In this document: positions 38,855 to 47,504 of the stretch, in pieces | Numbering within the stretch: position 1 is the stretch's first letter | Layout of the letters: every line of letters begins with the position of its first letter | Source of the DNA: Dehalococcoidia bacterium | GTDB lineage: Bacteria > Chloroflexota > Dehalococcoidia > Lucifugimonadales > SAR202-VII-2 | DNA: 64,000 bases | Direction: 5' to 3' | NCBI GenBank assembly: GCA_965263165.1 | Contig: OZ253584.1 | Span: 1,138,401-1,202,400 of the forward strand | The notes under the pieces: model-generated | Databases searched by the model: none | What the model was told of the DNA's origin: nothing | What the model saw: only the letters and a program-made list of their open reading frames with translations | Made by a program: the position numbers and the translations under genes

Positions 38855-39598
38855 GTGGAGAACTCAGCGGTGACCGAGCGGGATAGCGTTCGCTGCGGCG
38901 CCACCACCATCGAGTATGAGGTGCGCCGCAGCGGACGCCGTAAGAAAACGATCCAAATCACCGTGGACGGCGGTGGTGTCCACGTCGCCGCGCCCTTGGC
39001 CACGCCGGACGGCGAGCTCCGGGCCATCGTTCGCAAGCGCGCGTCCTGGATTCTCAGTCACTCATCCAAGCCGATGCAGGAGGAGGCGCCCAAGCGTTTC
39101 GTAAGCGGCGAGAGGCTGCCGTACCTGGGCCGGAACGTGCGTATGATCGTCCAGTCTGCAGAGGTGCGTTGGCCGGAGGTCCGCTTCGATCACTGGAGGT
39201 TCTGGATTTCGGCCCCAAAGGATCTCGCCGGCAACGAACGCCACGAACGAATCCGGCGGGCGGTCGTTGAGTGGTATCGGGCTCGCGCCGCTGAACGGCT
39301 GACCGCAGGCGTCGACCTTTGGGGCCCTCGGTTCGGTTTGGAGAAGAAGCCGCGAATACTCATTCGCGACCAACGCCAACGCTGGGGGAGCTGCGCACCC
39401 GACGGTACGCTGCGCTTCAACTGGCGCACGATGATGTTGAGGCCCGCCTTGGCCGAATATGTTGTGGTCCACGAGCTAGCGCATCTGACACACCCAAACC
39501 ACTCTGCGGACTTTTGGGCCCTCGTCTCAAGGATGGCCCCGGACATGAAACGAAGGCGTCAGCGGCTGCGGGAGGAAGGCCGGGCGCTTCCCCTGTGA
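38855..39598 (+). CDS. YgjP-like (DUF45, M48/SprT-type) metallohydrolase
   Basis: RKKTIQITV, GERLPYLG, QRQRWGSC, LRFNWR and YVVVHELAH motifs. Confidence 0.9.
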   Translation: MENSAVTERDSVRCGATTIEYEVRRSGRRKKTIQITVDGGGVHVAAPLATPDGELRAIVRKRASWILSHSSKPMQEEAPKRFVSGERLPYLGRNVRMIVQSAEVRWPEVRFDHWRFWISAPKDLAGNERHERIRRAVVEWYRARAAERLTAGVDLWGPRFGLEKKPRILIRDQRQRWGSCAPDGTLRFNWRTMMLRPALAEYVVVHELAHLTHPNHSADFWALVSRMAPDMKRRRQRLREEGRALPL

Positions 39599-39794
39599 CC
39601 TCACCCCTTTCATCCCGGCATCCCCGGACCAATTTGGCGGGTTCCTGCAACGGCCTGTAGGCATAATGTCCCGTCAGCGAGTGTTGTTGTCCCCGTCGGT
39701 TCATTCCGTCCGCTGCCGGGGTGAGGAAGGAGCGTTGGCAAGCGGGCGCTGCGGAGCAGTTGGTCCGGCGCTGGGAGACAGTCCAAGCTCGACT

Positions 39795-39900
39795 GCTGTC
39801 GCCTTGAGGCGCCGCTTCAGCTTGCGGTTCTCCTCCTCGATCGCCGCGCATCGCTCATGCCCATATCGCCGAATTGCGCCGTCCAGCCCTCAGTATCCAT
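39795..39900 (-). pseudogene. IS3-family OrfA remnant
   Basis: WTAQFGDMGMSDAR then frameshifted AIEEENRKLKRRL, resembling IS3 OrfA WK.KYGGM.VSDAK..K.LEEENR.LK. Confidence 0.6.
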
Positions 39901-40104
39901 AGACCGAAACGCGGCGCTCCCGCGTCTTCCTTGGCAAGTGGGGCGGGTTCGATGCACTGCGGCTCCCTGCCTGGCTGGGGTTGCCAATAGGACGAGCGTA
40001 GTATGATAATTGCTCTCGCGACCAATCAGATGGCACACGATTTCGTGTGGCAAACGATCTCGTGGGCGTGTGGCGTCTGGATGGAGAGAGGAGGAGTGCG
40101 GTAA

Positions 40105-40842
40105 GTGGATAACCCGAAAGAGTCGCAACCCGAAGAATCCAGCGTTCAGGAAGCGGAGCAGAAACGGCCTGGCATTGGGCGGCGGGTCGATCGCCACATC
40201 CAGGGCAAAATGCTGGCTGGACTCCTTGCCCTGTTCCCCTTGCTCGCAACAGTTGCTGTTCTTCTCTTTCTTGTCGATCACGCCGACAGCCTCATAAGGC
40301 CCCTCCCTTACATATCCGGCAGGCCCTGGGATGTTACTGGCATTGGGCTAGTTGTATTTGTTCTCCTCTTCTATTTTGTAGGGCTTTTGATTTCCTTCAC
40401 ATTGGGCCGGCGGCTGATGGTTTTGCTACGGGCAATCATAGGCTACATACCGGTTGTAAAGACCATCTTCGGAGTCACCCAGCAGGTATCAACCACCCTC
40501 ACCTCTCAATATAACTTCAGCCGGGTCGTATTCGTGGAGTGGCCGCGAGAGGGAATGGCTGCCATGGGCTTCGTGACCGGCCGCGTGTATACGCAGGACC
40601 AAACTTCGTCAATGGTGGTCGTGTACATTCCAACGGTCCCCAATCCAACATCAGGGAATATGGCTTTTGTTCAGGAAGACGACATCATTGAGACTGACCT
40701 CACCGTTGACGCGGCTATGAAGCTGGTCTTTTCGGGAGGCATAGTGCTTCCCGATGCATTCTCTTTGGCCCGAGTGCCCAGGCACTTGGTGGAAGACCAT
40801 GGTGGCGGTGGCCTAATCGGCCGATTCGAGACTGACCGCTAA
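40105..40842 (+). CDS. DUF502 family membrane protein
   Basis: IPVVKTIF, VFVEWPR, VYIPTVPNPTSG and KLVFSGG motifs. Confidence 0.92.
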   Translation: MDNPKESQPEESSVQEAEQKRPGIGRRVDRHIQGKMLAGLLALFPLLATVAVLLFLVDHADSLIRPLPYISGRPWDVTGIGLVVFVLLFYFVGLLISFTLGRRLMVLLRAIIGYIPVVKTIFGVTQQVSTTLTSQYNFSRVVFVEWPREGMAAMGFVTGRVYTQDQTSSMVVVYIPTVPNPTSGNMAFVQEDDIIETDLTVDAAMKLVFSGGIVLPDAFSLARVPRHLVEDHGGGGLIGRFETDR

Positions 40843-40907
40843 CGGGTCCGGCGCCAAACAGATCACCTGAGCCGATGGCCCAACTGGCCGCCCACTCGGC
40901 CATGAAT

Positions 40908-43130
40908 CTACTGACCGTCCTCCGCGGCGCTTTCGTCCTCTCGTTCCTCACTGCCTTCCTTGTCCTCTTCTTCATCCTCTTCCGGCGTCTCGGGTAGCGC
41001 TAGGGGCAGATCGATGGTCATCTCGGTGAACTGCCCTGGTTCCGATTGGACACTGATGGCGCCGCCGTGCTGCCGGACGATGTCGTTGGAAATGGCGAGT
41101 CCAAGCCCGGTCCCTTGGTCGGTGGGTTTGGTCGTGAAGAATGGATTGAATATCTTGTCAATGACATCGGCAGGGATCCCCGCCCCGTTGTCTCTCAGGC
41201 GGATCTCCACATTGTTCTCCCCACGCCGCGTGGAGAGCCATAGCGAAGGGGTATAGGCCTCTGCAGAACTCTCCGGCGCCTCGCCAGCAAGGCGTCTATC
41301 GTTGGTCGCGTGGCAGGCGTTGGCCACCATGTTCAGGAAGACGCGGCCCAGGTCATGGGGAATGGCCTCGATCTCGCCGACATTGGGGTCGAAGTCCCGA
41401 TGCAGTGCCAGTTGGAAATCTGGGTTGGTGGCTCGCGCGCTGTGGTAGGCGAGATTGGCGTATTCGTCAAGCAGGTTGTTTATGTCGGTGGGCTGGTGGC
41501 CGCCGCCGCCGCGACCCATCGTGAGCATGTCGTGAACGATTCTGTCGGCGCGCTTACCGTGGGTGCGAATGCGCTCCAGGTTACTGGTGAGGTCTTGGAA
41601 TATGTCCTGGATAAGGCCTTGCTGGTCCGCGTTCAGCTCCCCTCCAGCTTCCTGTAGGATTTCCTGCACTTCCGCAAGGAGTTCCTCCGAGACCTCTGAG
41701 AAGTTGTTCACGAAATTGAGCGGATTCCGGATCTCGTGGGCCACGCCTGCGGTGAGTTCACCCAGCGCCGCCAACTTCTCACGCATCACGATTTGGTCCT
41801 GCGCCCGGCGCAGGTCCGCCAAGACGGTTTCCAACTCCTCGTTTTTCCCCTGCAACTCCTCCGCCAGCCGCTCCACCAGGTTCAGACGCTGGACTTCCAG
41901 GGCGTGCCGGCGGAACACCTCAAGGGCTGCGGCCATATCTGCGACCTCGTCGCGGCCTCCGATGTCGACCTTGGCCTCCAGATCGCCCCTGGCCATTTGG
42001 CGCATCCAACTGGACAGGGCCTGGAGACGGCGCAACAGGCTCCGCCATATGTAGAGCCAGGATATGAGCAGCGCCCCGCCGATGCTGACTGCGCTGATCA
42101 CTAGTAGGAGCGTGCGCCCCGTCAATATCGCTTGGGTGGAAGCGCGGGTGGCCTCTTGAACGTTGGCATTGGCTGCGCTAACCAGGCCATCCACCTCATC
42201 CACAAGGTCGACCGCTATGGCGCGATTGTTGGCAAGCAGGTCCTGTTGACTATCGAGAAGGTTCAGCTCCTGAGCGCGCAGGTCGAACCCACTTCCCTCC
42301 CCCATCCCCAGGGCAAATAGCCAGGAGAAGATCGGCTCAAGTTCCGCGCGCACTTGGTCGTCTCGAAGGGTTGTCATCCTTCGCTGGATACGGCCGGCGA
42401 TGGCCTCGAACCGCTCGCGCAGCGGCTCTATCAGAGGGCCCTCCGAGAGGCTGAAGACGCTGACCAAGAGCTGCGTTGCAACGTTGACGTCGGCCTGTAT
42501 CTCGGCCAGGTTGCGATAGAGGGTTACCGCGCCTTCCGAGAAATGAACAGAGGTGTCCACCGGAGGTTCGTTCAGGCTCCGGTATCCCGTCATCGTGTAG
42601 AAGAACTGGTCATCCACCGCGGGGACCACAGTGGCATCCAGCCTCGTGTTGACAGTTGTTAGCTCACCCCGCCGGAACTCTCTCTGCTCGGCTACCGCAA
42701 AGAGTTCACCTCTTGAGATCTTGATCTGCTCGATGTTGCCCACCAGGGAGTTGGCGTGCTCCCGGATGCGCTGGACGCGCGCGTCTCCCGCTCCCTTCTC
42801 CTCTAGGGAGTTCACCTCTCCTTCCAGCGCCCTATGCGCATCGTCAATGAGGGAGGCAACCTGGGCAAGGTCCTGGGGCGTGGCCGCGGAGGTCAGCCGC
42901 GGGGCTGCGGTCACAAGGGTGTTGCTGTGCTGGGCAATTCCAAAGGCCGCCTCCATTTCGGGGACGCTGCCCTCATTCACGCGGCTCTGGACTTCACCCA
43001 CGCGATTAAAGGAAAACCAGCCGACCAAGCTAGCGGCTACCGTTAGGGCGACGGCGCCCGCAATCGCAAAGTAGAGTTGCGTGGAGACGCGTAAGCGGAG
43101 CTCGAGGATGCTCTTCAGCTTAGTGATCAC
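40908..43130 (-). CDS. Sensor histidine kinase with TorS-like periplasmic domain and HAMP
   Basis: Two TM segments, HAMP DEVADMAAALEVFR, H-box AHEIRNPL, DNGAGI and FFTTKPTDQGTGLGL. Confidence 0.92.
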   Translation of the reverse strand: MITKLKSILELRLRVSTQLYFAIAGAVALTVAASLVGWFSFNRVGEVQSRVNEGSVPEMEAAFGIAQHSNTLVTAAPRLTSAATPQDLAQVASLIDDAHRALEGEVNSLEEKGAGDARVQRIREHANSLVGNIEQIKISRGELFAVAEQREFRRGELTTVNTRLDATVVPAVDDQFFYTMTGYRSLNEPPVDTSVHFSEGAVTLYRNLAEIQADVNVATQLLVSVFSLSEGPLIEPLRERFEAIAGRIQRRMTTLRDDQVRAELEPIFSWLFALGMGEGSGFDLRAQELNLLDSQQDLLANNRAIAVDLVDEVDGLVSAANANVQEATRASTQAILTGRTLLLVISAVSIGGALLISWLYIWRSLLRRLQALSSWMRQMARGDLEAKVDIGGRDEVADMAAALEVFRRHALEVQRLNLVERLAEELQGKNEELETVLADLRRAQDQIVMREKLAALGELTAGVAHEIRNPLNFVNNFSEVSEELLAEVQEILQEAGGELNADQQGLIQDIFQDLTSNLERIRTHGKRADRIVHDMLTMGRGGGGHQPTDINNLLDEYANLAYHSARATNPDFQLALHRDFDPNVGEIEAIPHDLGRVFLNMVANACHATNDRRLAGEAPESSAEAYTPSLWLSTRRGENNVEIRLRDNGAGIPADVIDKIFNPFFTTKPTDQGTGLGLAISNDIVRQHGGAISVQSEPGQFTEMTIDLPLALPETPEEDEEEDKEGSEEREDESAAEDGQ

Positions 43131-44536
43131 GGGTTCGCGTCCCGCAAATTAGTGATTGGTTGAAAGCTGCCGTCGCTGCCAATCGCGGTCAGAAAGACCG
43201 CGTCCGAGCCTTGGTTGTCGCCGTCCCCATAGCGAAGCTCGAACCCATCGATGTCGACGACATCGACGCCGCGCAGGCTGGCCAAGAAGCTCTCCCTGTC
43301 TACTTCCCGGCCGCACCTTTCCAGGCCGGCGATGGCCAAACGGCCAGCGAGGTAACCCTCGAAGGAGACGAAACCTGGAACAGCGTCGGCCTCGTAAGCA
43401 GATAGCGCGCGCAGGTAGGTTTGGACAACGGGGAGGGAGTCGTCCTTGGGGGATGGCACCACCTGGGTAACGAAGACCCCCGCCCCATCGGGGCCCAACT
43501 CTTGGGCCAATGCGTTGCTTCCCACGAAAGAGACGGTCATAAAGATGGGGTCCATGCCGATCTGCAGTGACCAGGAGACCACACTTGCAACCGGCTCGTA
43601 TGCTCCGATCATTATGACCGCCTCCGGGTCCCCTTCTCTCAGATCTAACACAGCCGTCCTGACCGCCGTCGTGTTGCGCGGATACACCCCAATTGCCACG
43701 GGCTCCATACCGCGCCTGTCCAGGGCAAGCTGCACTCCAAGGAATCCGGCGCGTCCAAAGGAGTCGTCCTGGTACAGCACGGCAATCCTCGCGACGCCAA
43801 GGTCTCCTATCAAGCGCGCCACCATCTCCTCGGTCTCCTGGTAGTAGGAAGCTCGCAGGTTCACCACGTAGTCCATCTCTTCGCCCCGCAGAAACTCAGC
43901 GCCGGTGAAGGGGGCGATGTAGGGGACATTGGCGTCCTCGGTGATGGGGGTGGCGGACCGGGACGTTGGCGTGCCTACGGCGCCAATTAGGGCAAAGACC
44001 CTTTCCTCTTCGATGAGGCTGATGGTGTTGGCGATAGCGGACTCTGGCTCATAGGCATCATCGACGGACGAGAGTTCCAGCAGCCGGCCATGGACGCCGC
44101 CGCGTTGATTGGCTTCGTAGAAAGCTGCCTCAATCCCAAGCCGCATGCCCTTGCCTAGCTCCTGGGCAGGGCCGCTGAAGGCAGCGGACTGGCCGAAGAG
44201 GATGCGGTCGTTGGTGATGCCGTGCTGCGCCACCCCATTGCTGGTGGGCGTGCCGCTGGCCTGGGGCCCGTTGCCGTTGTCCACGCCACTGCTTTCCGTT
44301 GGGCTCTGAGGAGTGGAGGTGTTGCATGCCAGCAAACACACGGAGAACGCGAGGGCAAGGATTAGCCAGCCCCGTCTCGGGATCGGGGGGGTGGGTTTGA
44401 TTGTTTGTGGGTCGCGTGCGGTTTTTTGTTGGGGGGAGGGATTAGCTTCGGGCGGCGCGTGGAGGATGCTCCGTCGCGGGGATGGATGGGCTTTAACAGA
44501 TAGGGCCGGTGGGTTTTGATTGTTTGTGGGTTGCAT
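43127..44536 (-). CDS. Type 1 periplasmic binding lipoprotein (LivJ/Leu-binding family); true start probably downstream of 44536
   Basis: Lipobox LLAC, ILFGQSAAFSGP, DDAYEP, NLRASY, YQDDSFG and FEGYLAG motifs; overlaps kinase start. Confidence 0.85.
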   Translation of the reverse strand: MQPTNNQNPPALSVKAHPSPRRSILHAPPEANPSPQQKTARDPQTIKPTPPIPRRGWLILALAFSVCLLACNTSTPQSPTESSGVDNGNGPQASGTPTSNGVAQHGITNDRILFGQSAAFSGPAQELGKGMRLGIEAAFYEANQRGGVHGRLLELSSVDDAYEPESAIANTISLIEEERVFALIGAVGTPTSRSATPITEDANVPYIAPFTGAEFLRGEEMDYVVNLRASYYQETEEMVARLIGDLGVARIAVLYQDDSFGRAGFLGVQLALDRRGMEPVAIGVYPRNTTAVRTAVLDLREGDPEAVIMIGAYEPVASVVSWSLQIGMDPIFMTVSFVGSNALAQELGPDGAGVFVTQVVPSPKDDSLPVVQTYLRALSAYEADAVPGFVSFEGYLAGRLAIAGLERCGREVDRESFLASLRGVDVVDIDGFELRYGDGDNQGSDAVFLTAIGSDGSFQPITNLRDANP

Positions 44537-44560
44537 GCGTTTTTTGCTGGGGGGTTGGCA
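44395..44560 (-). repeat. Two imperfect direct repeats of about 45 bp ending in ACAAACAATCAAA
   Basis: CCCCCCAGCAAAAAACGCATGCAACCCACAAACAATCAAA and CCCCCCAACAAAAAACCGCACGCGACCCACAAACAATCAAA. Confidence 0.7.
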
Positions 44561-44980
44561 TCAGGAGGCCCTGTGGGTTACGAGGGTCAGGTGGTTCTTG
44601 CCGTGCTCGCGGCGGTAGCGGAGGTCGTCCATGAGGGTGCGGACGAGATAGACGCCGAGGCCGCCGATGCGTCTATCCTCGATGGAGGCGTCGAGGTCTG
44701 GGGTCGGGGCGTCATGGAGGGGATCGAAGGGGGGCCCGCCGTCGATGATTTCGATGGTGACGGCGTCATCGTCGGAGGTGAGGACGATATCGATGTCGCA
44801 GGGGCCGCCATCGTAGCCGTAGTCCATGATGTTGAGGCCGAGCTCTTCGAGGGCGAGGTTGACGCGGAAGAGGAGGGCGTCGGGCCAACGTTCGCGTCTG
44901 CCGAGGTCCTCCACGGCGTCGGTGATGGCGGCCAACTCGTCGCGGCCGGAGGTGAGTTTCAGGGCAACGGTTGCGGCCAT
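44561..44980 (-). CDS. RsbW-like anti-sigma factor/Ser kinase (HATPase_c_2)
   Basis: LALEELGLNIMDYGY, IIDGGPPFDP and RRIGGLGVYLVRTLMD motifs. Confidence 0.92.
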   Translation of the reverse strand: MAATVALKLTSGRDELAAITDAVEDLGRRERWPDALLFRVNLALEELGLNIMDYGYDGGPCDIDIVLTSDDDAVTIEIIDGGPPFDPLHDAPTPDLDASIEDRRIGGLGVYLVRTLMDDLRYRREHGKNHLTLVTHRAS

Positions 44981-44983
44981 GGG

Positions 44984-46144
44984 TCAGCTTCCCCGGAGGG
45001 CGAGGCAGGTGATGTCATCGAATTGGGGCATATCGCCGGCGAACGCGTTGACGGCGTCGAGGAGGTCCATCACGACGGACTCGGGGTCCTTGGGAGGCGC
45101 CGCAGCGAAGATTTCCTGCATACGGGACACCTCGAACTGGTCGCCCTCGGCGTTAATGGCCTCGGTGACGCCATCGGTGTAGAAGATGACGGTGTCGTCG
45201 GGGGCGAGGGTGACGGAATCCTGTTGGTAGAGGAGGTCGGGGACGAGGGCGAGGGCGACGCCGCCGGTGAGGGGGAGGAGCTCGGAGGCGCCGTCGGCGT
45301 GGACGAGGAGGGGAGGGTTGTGCCCGCCGTTGGCGTAGGTCAACACCCTGGACTGGGGGTCGTAGGTAGCGTAGAAGAGGGTGACGAACATGGAGGTCTC
45401 GTTGTCCTCGCTGAGGATGTTATTGACCTCGCGGAGGACCTCGCCGGGGCCGCCGGGGCCGCCGATGGCGGCGCCCTTGAGGAGGGTGCGGCAGGACATC
45501 ATGAAGAGGGCGGCGGAGACGCCCTTGTCGGAGACATCGGCGATGCCGAGGCCGAGGCAGTCGTTTTCGAGGCGGATGACGTCGAAGAAGTCGCCGCCGA
45601 CGTTGCGGGCAGGGGTCATGTGGCCGAAGACGCGGTAGCCGAGGCCCTGGGGGAAGTGGCTGGGGAGGATGGACTGCTGCATCTGGCTGGCGACGCCGAG
45701 CTCGTTCTGGAGGACGACGAGCTTATCGCGGGAGGCGAGGGCGTCGCGCCACTTGGCGACGTGTTGGAGGGTGCGATCGATAGTGATCTGGAGGTCTTCG
45801 AAATCGAGGGGCTTGGTGACGAAGTCGAAGGCGCCGCGGTTCATGGCGGTGCGGATATTCTGCATATCGCCGTAGGCGGAGATGATCACGGAGCGGAGGT
45901 TGGGGTCGCGAGCGGCTATCTGATCGAGGAGGGTGAGGCCGTCCATCTGGGGCATATTGATGTCGGACAGGACCATATCGATGGAGGGGTCGAGTTCGAG
46001 CTTCTGGAGGGCTTCGACGCCGTTGTGGGCAAAGACGAACTCGTAGCGGCCGTCGCGGATGGTGCGGCGCATGCGCTGGAGCATGAGGGGTTCGAGGTCG
46101 GTCTCGTCATCGACCACGAGGATTTTGGCGGGGTGCTCAGTCAC
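44984..46144 (-). CDS. Receiver-PP2C (SpoIIE) phosphatase, RsbU/RsbP-like
   Basis: ILVVDDE, LSDINMP, VGGDFFD, IADVSDKG, YTDGVTE and DDIT motifs. Confidence 0.94.
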   Translation of the reverse strand: MTEHPAKILVVDDETDLEPLMLQRMRRTIRDGRYEFVFAHNGVEALQKLELDPSIDMVLSDINMPQMDGLTLLDQIAARDPNLRSVIISAYGDMQNIRTAMNRGAFDFVTKPLDFEDLQITIDRTLQHVAKWRDALASRDKLVVLQNELGVASQMQQSILPSHFPQGLGYRVFGHMTPARNVGGDFFDVIRLENDCLGLGIADVSDKGVSAALFMMSCRTLLKGAAIGGPGGPGEVLREVNNILSEDNETSMFVTLFYATYDPQSRVLTYANGGHNPPLLVHADGASELLPLTGGVALALVPDLLYQQDSVTLAPDDTVIFYTDGVTEAINAEGDQFEVSRMQEIFAAAPPKDPESVVMDLLDAVNAFAGDMPQFDDITCLALRGS

Positions 46145-46289
46145 ATGGACCTCTGGGGATGGGCTGGGCGGGATGGGGGCGTCGGCGTTGCCGGGGGCCG
46201 TTGCCTACTGCTTTGCCGAGTCGCCGGGGACCGCTTCCGTCACCCCCACCCCAGCCTGCCCCTGAGTAGGGTGGCGGGGATGGTGAGGC

Positions 46290-46312
46290 GGGGGGGGGGG
46301 GGGGGGGGGGGG
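46290..46312. repeat. 23-nt G homopolymer
   Basis: G run 3 bp from the STAS-gene stop codon, next to a REP-like hairpin at about 46250-46280. Confidence 0.85.
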
Positions 46313-46315
46313 ACA

Positions 46316-46648
46316 TTAGTGAGCGGAGCGGGCGGCTTCGAGAGTGGGGTGAATAGCGATGATCTTGTCGAAGCCGCTGATCTCGAAGATCTCGCGGAGG
46401 GCATCGGAGAGGGAGCAGAGGGCGATGGCGCCCTCTCTGCGCTGGAGGGTCTTGGCGACCATCAAGATGACGCGGATGCCGGCGCTGCTGATGTAGGTGA
46501 GGTCTTCGAAGTTGAGGATGACGGTGTTGTCGGTGTCCTCAATGGCGGCCTGGAGGTCGTCCTGGAACTCGCGGGCGTTGGTGCCGTCGATGCGGGCATC
46601 GGTCTTGACAACGAGAGTTTGGCCGTCTCGTTCGGGGTAGATAGCCAT
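46316..46648 (-). CDS. STAS anti-sigma-factor antagonist (RsbV/SpoIIAA-like)
   Basis: RIDGTNA, LTYISSAGIRV (phospho-Ser) and IFEISGF motifs; AAGGAG RBS. Confidence 0.93.
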   Translation of the reverse strand: MAIYPERDGQTLVVKTDARIDGTNAREFQDDLQAAIEDTDNTVILNFEDLTYISSAGIRVILMVAKTLQRREGAIALCSLSDALREIFEISGFDKIIAIHPTLEAARSAH

Positions 46649-46685
46649 GGGTAAAGTCTCCTTAGGCGCTCTGAGGTGATGTAGC

Positions 46686-46715
46686 CTTGCCCCCAAGTAC
46701 GGGGGCAGGGCAGGC
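46686..46715 (+). repeat. REP-like hairpin
   Basis: TTGCCCCC-AAGTAC-GGGGGCAG. Confidence 0.7.
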
Positions 46716-46970
46716 GAGCCCTTCCCAAGTGTTCCTAGGAAGGACAGCGAGACACCCGCTGGCAGAATACACGATGAGGGATTGTGCTACAATGCCTTCC
46801 CTGGAGTCAATTTCTCGCCCCTGAAGCAATGGCTCAGATGCGCGTTTCCGAAGGGTTGCCTGCCTGGGCGATGGAACCAGAAGCGGAGACTTGTCAGAAT
46901 CCCCTTTCGGAACGCCGGCGCTGGGCGGTACTATGCCTAGCCTACGCTCCGCACGCCACAGGAGGACGAT

Positions 46971-47480
46971 ATGAGGCTCATCTATGGACTGCGCCAGGCC
47001 GCCCACGGATGGATTGCAGCGCTTGCTTCAGAGAGGGGTCTGAGGGCTCTGTCTATGCCCCAGGCGTCGCCCGAGCAGGCCCTGGAGAACCTGGGCAGGG
47101 AGGTCGAAAGGGCTGTCCAGGACGATGCCGCGTTCGAGGGTCTCTTCGTCCGCGTCGAGGCCTATTTGGCGGGGGAGCATATAACCTTTGACGAGGACGT
47201 TGTGGACCCTGAGCTTGGCACGGACTTTCAGCGGCGGGTGTGGAGCGCCCTGCGCACGATTCCATATGGGGAGACGCGCAGCTATGGCTGGGTGGCCGAG
47301 CAGGTGGGAGTGCCCCAGGCGCCCCGGGCGGCGGGGAGGGCAATTGGCAGCAACAAGGTGGTGCTGGTGGTGCCGTGCCAGCGGGTCATTGGCGCATCGG
47401 GCGACCTGCGGGGCTACGGTGCTGGGGGGCTGGGGGTTAAGAGGCGCCTGCTGGACCTGGAGGTGGCTGGGCGCCGGTAG
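46971..47480 (+). CDS. ogt: Methylated-DNA--protein-cysteine methyltransferase
   Basis: GTDFQRRVW, IPYGETRSY and RAAGRAIGSN; active site PCQR. Confidence 0.9.
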   Translation: MRLIYGLRQAAHGWIAALASERGLRALSMPQASPEQALENLGREVERAVQDDAAFEGLFVRVEAYLAGEHITFDEDVVDPELGTDFQRRVWSALRTIPYGETRSYGWVAEQVGVPQAPRAAGRAIGSNKVVLVVPCQRVIGASGDLRGYGAGGLGVKRRLLDLEVAGRR

Positions 47481-47504
47481 CAACGCGCTCCTGGGAATGT
47501 CCAG

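Noticed and set aside
44516-46654. 712 aa plus-strand ORF
   Set aside because: Antisense shadow of the rsbW/rsbU/rsbV-like genes caused by their codon bias; no recognisable motifs
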